DNA of 64,000 bases, taken from assembly GCA_027622715.1 (NCBI GenBank), contig JAQBYN010000002.1, positions 82,464 to 146,463 on the forward strand, in the 5' to 3' direction. The DNA is from Pseudomonadota bacterium. GTDB taxonomy: Bacteria > Pseudomonadota > Alphaproteobacteria > SHVP01. Below are positions 60,097 to 64,000 of the stretch, one piece after another (position 1 is the first letter of the stretch; each line of letters opens with the position of its first letter). The notes under the pieces were generated by a model. That model was given only the letters and a program-made list of their open reading frames with translations. It did no database searches and was not told the DNA's origin. Position numbers and translations under genes: made by a program.

Positions 60097-60570
60097 TTGT
60101 TCATGGTCGATAATCCGCTTTGCCATACCACCACGATCCTTGCCTCAGTCTCATCTGAGCAGGCGATTGCCTTCCTACGCGCGCCGGAAGAGGTCGGTAC
60201 TTGGGCGCTGGGCACCTGGGATACACGACCTGTAAACGGCCATGAAGGTGTCTACGTCGGACACTCCCTGCTCGACGCTGCTGAACAGAGCTTTTTCCGG
60301 GTTGCCGAAAGTGATTCTGCCGGCACCATCGATTATGAGGTCGGCAGCGCGGCTGGTGCGCTCGCAAAAAGAGTTTCGATCAAGGTCGTCCCGGGTGCAG
60401 ATTTCGAACATGGCGCTGACACCTGCTTGATCACATTGATCGGTTGGCGGCCCAAGGACATGACGGACGATCGCTGGAAACGACTATGCGCGTTCCATGA
60501 AGTGGAAATTCTCATGATCGAAGCACGGCTGCGCGGCAAACGCCCGCCGGGACAGAAGGAAACATCATGA
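60097..60570 (+). CDS. hypothetical protein (possibly SRPBCC/START-like fold)
   Basis: 157 aa with no motif I can name. Coding status is supported by an ATGA overlap with the next gene. The start may be ATG 60103. Confidence 0.45.
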   Translation: MFMVDNPLCHTTTILASVSSEQAIAFLRAPEEVGTWALGTWDTRPVNGHEGVYVGHSLLDAAEQSFFRVAESDSAGTIDYEVGSAAGALAKRVSIKVVPGADFEHGADTCLITLIGWRPKDMTDDRWKRLCAFHEVEILMIEARLRGKRPPGQKETS

Positions 60571-61436
60571 GCAGCGCTGTCTATGGCGGCTATACCAAGG
60601 ATCAGTTGGACCAGCTCTATTCACAGCGGCATCGGATCGACGGATACGATGGGTACCTCGAGCGGTGGCCGGTCGAGAGCGCGGCCGCGCGGGAGTCGCT
60701 CGATGTGGTCCTCGACGTCCGTTATGGGGCGGACGCCGCTGAAACGTACGACGTGTTCCGCGCGGGCGATGGCGCGCCGATTCAGGTCTTTGTCCACGGC
60801 GGCTACTGGTATTCGCAGGATAAAGCGGTGTTCGAATCGATGGCGCAGGATTTCGTGAAACGGGGCGCGACTTTGGTGGCCATCAACTACCCATTGGTGC
60901 CCACTGTTACGCTGACCGGGCTTGTCGAGTCGTGTCGCCGTTGCGCCGCCCATATATTTGCGCATGCGCGAGATTGGGGCGGTGATCCCGATCAACTCTA
61001 TGTCTCGGGACATTCGGCAGGCGGCCATATTGCTGCGACGTTGATTTCCACCGACTGGCCGGGCTACGACGCAGCCTTGCCCGAAGATATGATCAAAGGC
61101 GCGCTGCCGATAAGCGGCCTGTACGATTTGGAACCCATCCGTCATCTCACGATGAACGAGACCCTCAAAATCACCGAAGACGAAGTTCGGCAACTCTCGC
61201 CGATCTTATCGGTTCCGCCTAGTGCAGGGTCGATGATCATGGGGGTCGGCACCAACGAAGGGTCGGAGTTCAGCCGGCAGCAAAGCGACTATGCTGATGC
61301 GTGGCGGGCCGGCGGTCTGTCGTGTGAGACAATGTACCTAAAGGGATTGAATCATTTCTCAATCGTTGACGACTATGCCCACGAAGGCGGCGCGTTGTTC
61401 GAGGCAGCCTGCCGTCAAATGGGTCTAATGCCATGA
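60567..61436 (+). CDS. alpha/beta hydrolase, arylformamidase (kynurenine formamidase, AFMID-type) -like
   Basis: Oxyanion motif VFVHGGYW and nucleophile elbow SGHSAGGHIAA, with spacing as in eukaryote-type kynurenine formamidases and esterase/lipase family hydrolases. Confidence 0.6.
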   Translation: MSSAVYGGYTKDQLDQLYSQRHRIDGYDGYLERWPVESAAARESLDVVLDVRYGADAAETYDVFRAGDGAPIQVFVHGGYWYSQDKAVFESMAQDFVKRGATLVAINYPLVPTVTLTGLVESCRRCAAHIFAHARDWGGDPDQLYVSGHSAGGHIAATLISTDWPGYDAALPEDMIKGALPISGLYDLEPIRHLTMNETLKITEDEVRQLSPILSVPPSAGSMIMGVGTNEGSEFSRQQSDYADAWRAGGLSCETMYLKGLNHFSIVDDYAHEGGALFEAACRQMGLMP

Positions 61437-61777
61437 GCGACGATGAATTCACCCTGTACGACCTCAAGGTCGAGTGGATGGCCGGCGACAAACCGTGTTG
61501 GTGCGGGGCGAAACAAGGTGACCACTTCTTCCTGCGGGGCGAACACATTGAGATGCCGGCCGGTGTGAAATGGTCGATCTACACGATGTCTATCTTGCTA
61601 CCGCTCTTGCCGGCCAAGCAGCGTATGACCGACCCGAACGACTGGATGACGACCGATACGGATGTCGCGTGTCTCGATCCGAATTGCGGTTCGCGTTTTC
61701 GTATCAGCCGCCTCGGCACACAGACCTTCCGCCATTCCGAAACCACCGCCGTAAAGCGCGACAAGGACAAGGCATGA
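61433..61777 (+). CDS. small Cys-containing protein, TIGR04076-like
   Basis: 114 aa. The CWCGAKQGDHFFL ... MPAGVKWSIY ... VACLDPNCGSRFRISRL layout resembles the TIGR04076 family as I remember it. ATGA overlaps on both sides. Confidence 0.45.
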   Translation: MSDDEFTLYDLKVEWMAGDKPCWCGAKQGDHFFLRGEHIEMPAGVKWSIYTMSILLPLLPAKQRMTDPNDWMTTDTDVACLDPNCGSRFRISRLGTQTFRHSETTAVKRDKDKA

Positions 61778-62826
61778 CCGTCGAACGTTTCGAAATTGCG
61801 CCGGGTTACGACATTTCACGCCTGATCAAAGGCGGCTGGCATTTGGCCGGGGGCCACGGCGATGTCGACCGCGATCAAGCGATCAAGGACATGGCGGTTT
61901 TCGTCGAACGCGGCATTACCACATTCGATTGTGCCGACCACTACACCGGCGTCGAAGCGATGATTGGCGAATTTCGCGCGCGTTACCCAAGCCTTGCGCC
62001 CTTAGTTCAGGTGCACACGAAGTTTGTGCCGGACTACGAGGAACTCGGCAACGTGACCCGCAAATACGTCGAGAGAATCATCGACCGGTCGATCCAACGG
62101 CTCAAAGTCGAGCGCCTGGACATCGTGCAGTACTACTGGTGGGATCCCGACGGCAAACCGGGTTTTGTCGACACCGGGTTAATCCTGAAAGACCTGCACG
62201 ACGCGGGGAAAATCGCCCGCATTGGGGTCTCCAACTTCAATACGCGCCAGCTAAAGATGCTCGTTGATGCCGGCGTACCGATTGCGACCAACCAACCGCA
62301 ATACTCGCCGGTCGACCGTCGGCCGGAAACCCAATTGATTCCTTACTGCGCCGCGCAAGGGATCGTCCAGCTCTGTTACGGCACGTTGTCTGGCGGTTTC
62401 TTCTCGGCCGACTGGCTTGGCAAGCCAGAACCGTTCGAGCCCTTGGGCAATCGGTCTCTCACCAAATACAAGCTCATCATCGAGGATTTCGGTGGGTGGG
62501 CGTTGTTCCAAGAGTTGTTGCAGGCAATGAAGCGGGCGGCAAACAAACACGACGTGAGCATTGCGCTCATCGCGCTGCGTTGGATCCTCGATCAACCGAA
62601 TGTCGCCGCTGCGATCGTCGGGGCGACATCAGCGCGTCATGTCGACGAAAACCTCAAGGTTTTTTCGTTCTCGCTCGATGCCGAGGACAAGGCGGCCATC
62701 AATGCCGTGCTTGATAGACGCAAGGGGCCGGCTGGCGATTGCTACGACCTGGAACGCGACAAAGAAGGCCGCCACGGCAGTATTATGCGCTACAACCAAA
62801 ACGCCTTACCAACGGCGCCTGCCTAG
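61774..62826 (+). CDS. aldo/keto reductase
   Basis: GITTFDCADHYTG, IGVSNF, NQPQYS. Start ATG 61774 (MTVERFEIAPGY). Confidence 0.88.
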   Translation: MTVERFEIAPGYDISRLIKGGWHLAGGHGDVDRDQAIKDMAVFVERGITTFDCADHYTGVEAMIGEFRARYPSLAPLVQVHTKFVPDYEELGNVTRKYVERIIDRSIQRLKVERLDIVQYYWWDPDGKPGFVDTGLILKDLHDAGKIARIGVSNFNTRQLKMLVDAGVPIATNQPQYSPVDRRPETQLIPYCAAQGIVQLCYGTLSGGFFSADWLGKPEPFEPLGNRSLTKYKLIIEDFGGWALFQELLQAMKRAANKHDVSIALIALRWILDQPNVAAAIVGATSARHVDENLKVFSFSLDAEDKAAINAVLDRRKGPAGDCYDLERDKEGRHGSIMRYNQNALPTAPA

Positions 62827-63839
62827 TCGAGGTGCGTGCGAATCGCGCGCATGATCACTGAATCCGGCGCGCGCTCTATCTCGCCGACGTCGAGCGGCGA
62901 AGCGATCAACGCGGCGGCGTCGATCGTCGCAAGGTCCTCGTCGTCCAATGCGTAGTCGAAGACGGCGAGCGCTCCAGGCAGTCGGTCGGGCGTTGACGCG
63001 CCAAACAGAACCGCTTGTCCAGGCCCGCATTGCAGAACCCAACGCAGGGCAACGCTCGCGATGGATCGATCACGGCGGTCGGCGACCGCGGCAAAAGCAT
63101 CGAGCAGGCGTTGAAATGCCGGCCAGCCGCCACCGGCTTCAATTAGGGCGCGATACTCTTTGCCGTACGGTGCGCGACTGGTCACCGGATCGCCGGCATC
63201 GCGCCACAACTCGCTAAGAAACCCGCCCGCCAACGGTGCAAAGGTCAACAGCGCGATGTCATGGGCCCGGCAGTACTCGACCATCTTTCGTTCGGCGCGG
63301 CGGTCGATTGCCGAATAGAGGACTTGGTTGGTGGCGATCGGAACGCCGGCATCCCGCAGTTGCTCCAGCTGCGCGACCCCAAGGTTGCACACGCCGAGCA
63401 GACCGACCTTTCCTTGCGCGCGAAGGTCCGCCAGCACCAGCCCAGTTTCGACGAGGCCAGGCACCTCGAGGTTCCACCACTGCATCTGCAAGAGATCGAT
63501 CCGTTCCACGCCGAGGTCCCGCAACGACCGATCGACGCTGTCGGCGACATCTCTGGGCGTTGGTCTTGTTCCACTCATCGGGCCGGTGTACCGGGTATGA
63601 ATCTTGATCCAGTCGGCGAGTTCACGTGGAAGCAATCGGCGGGCCGCACCACGAAGGGCGCCCATTAACGCTTCGCCGCCGTCGTAGGTGTCGGCGGTCT
63701 CGAACGTCGTCACGCCGGCGCGCACGAACTCGAGAAGATCGTCAATTGCGTCGTTACCGCGTCCGATGGTTTGCCAGCCGCCCTTGATCAGCCGGCTGAC
63801 ACGATATCCCGGCGCGATCTCAACAAGAGGAACGCTCAT
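62823..63839 (-). CDS. aldo/keto reductase (paralog, convergent)
   Basis: MSVPLVEIAPGYRVSRLIKGGW, GVTTFETADTYDGG, LGVCNL, NQVLYS. Its stop codon overlaps the other AKR stop in the palindrome CTAG. Confidence 0.88.
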   Translation of the reverse strand: MSVPLVEIAPGYRVSRLIKGGWQTIGRGNDAIDDLLEFVRAGVTTFETADTYDGGEALMGALRGAARRLLPRELADWIKIHTRYTGPMSGTRPTPRDVADSVDRSLRDLGVERIDLLQMQWWNLEVPGLVETGLVLADLRAQGKVGLLGVCNLGVAQLEQLRDAGVPIATNQVLYSAIDRRAERKMVEYCRAHDIALLTFAPLAGGFLSELWRDAGDPVTSRAPYGKEYRALIEAGGGWPAFQRLLDAFAAVADRRDRSIASVALRWVLQCGPGQAVLFGASTPDRLPGALAVFDYALDDEDLATIDAAALIASPLDVGEIERAPDSVIMRAIRTHLD

Positions 63840-64000
63840 CTAGAGATGGTCGCGCAGTAGGCGGCCATATCCTGGAACCGGGTCCAGGCCCGCCGCCCTG
63901 GCGCAGGCCCAGAACGTTGCCTGATTGCTGGTGACAACCGGCTTGCCATGGGTGTCTTCGAGTTCGTCGATCAACCCCAAAACGGGCAGGTCGGTGCAAC
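63840..64000 (-). CDS. Asp/Glu/hydantoin racemase superfamily protein (maleate isomerase-like), 3' end only
   Basis: The minus strand reads ...CTDLPVLGLIDELEDTHGKPVVTSNQATFWACARAAGLDPVPGYGRLLRDHL*. This parallels the C-terminus of 16620-17357 (...KPVLSVNVVDYWHTLRTLGIDDKVDGFGTLLRDY*). The gene continues beyond the window. Confidence 0.65.
   Translation of the reverse strand, partial: CTDLPVLGLIDELEDTHGKPVVTSNQATFWACARAAGLDPVPGYGRLLRDHL

Overview
High-GC bacterial chromosomal segment. Spot counts of single 60-nt lines give about 53-73% GC. It is most likely alphaproteobacterial, judging from the housekeeping run ssb / gyrA-coaD-ppiA-ppiB-queA-tgt at the left end. I call about 60 protein genes, one tRNA-Lys(UUU), two decayed gene fragments and three families of short intergenic repeats. 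I saw no rRNA, CRISPR array, transposase, integrase, phage genes or recognisable defence genes.

Layout:
- 0-11 kb: housekeeping genes, with a TetR-controlled HlyD/ABC-2 efflux cassette sitting between ssb and gyrA.
- 11-24.5 kb: accessory block with two paralogous two-domain SAM methyltransferases, a third methyltransferase-like orphan, two tandem TauA-like binding proteins and one DppA-like binding protein. None of the three binding proteins has a permease or ATPase gene nearby.
- 24.7 kb: tRNA-Lys, followed by catabolic operons (amidohydrolases, a LeuCD-like dehydratase with an ICL/PEP-mutase-family lyase), a small bacterial SET-domain gene and a spermidine-synthase-like gene. At about 35.65 kb a 5'-truncated SulP-STAS-cNMP gene abuts a 5'-truncated cpgS-like gene head to head.
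- 37-64 kb: aromatic/tryptophan catabolic supercluster. It holds kynA-kynU, a salicylyl-/2-aminobenzoyl-CoA monooxygenase-reductase-like fusion with beta-oxidation genes and MarR, a cytoplasmic reductive-dehalogenase-family protein, iorAB, hydantoinase/oxoprolinase hyuAB, an arylformamidase-like hydrolase and aldo/keto reductases.

I did not find a clear-cut novel system. The best candidates for follow-up are:
- the RdhA-like gene divergent from kynA;
- the kynurenine to aminobenzoyl-CoA arrangement, which lacks a CoA ligase;
- the methyltransferase/orphan binding-protein block;
- the SET-domain gene next to the decay junction;
- the intergenic repeat mosaic at 55 kb.

All functional calls rest on motif recognition by eye. 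No database search was run.
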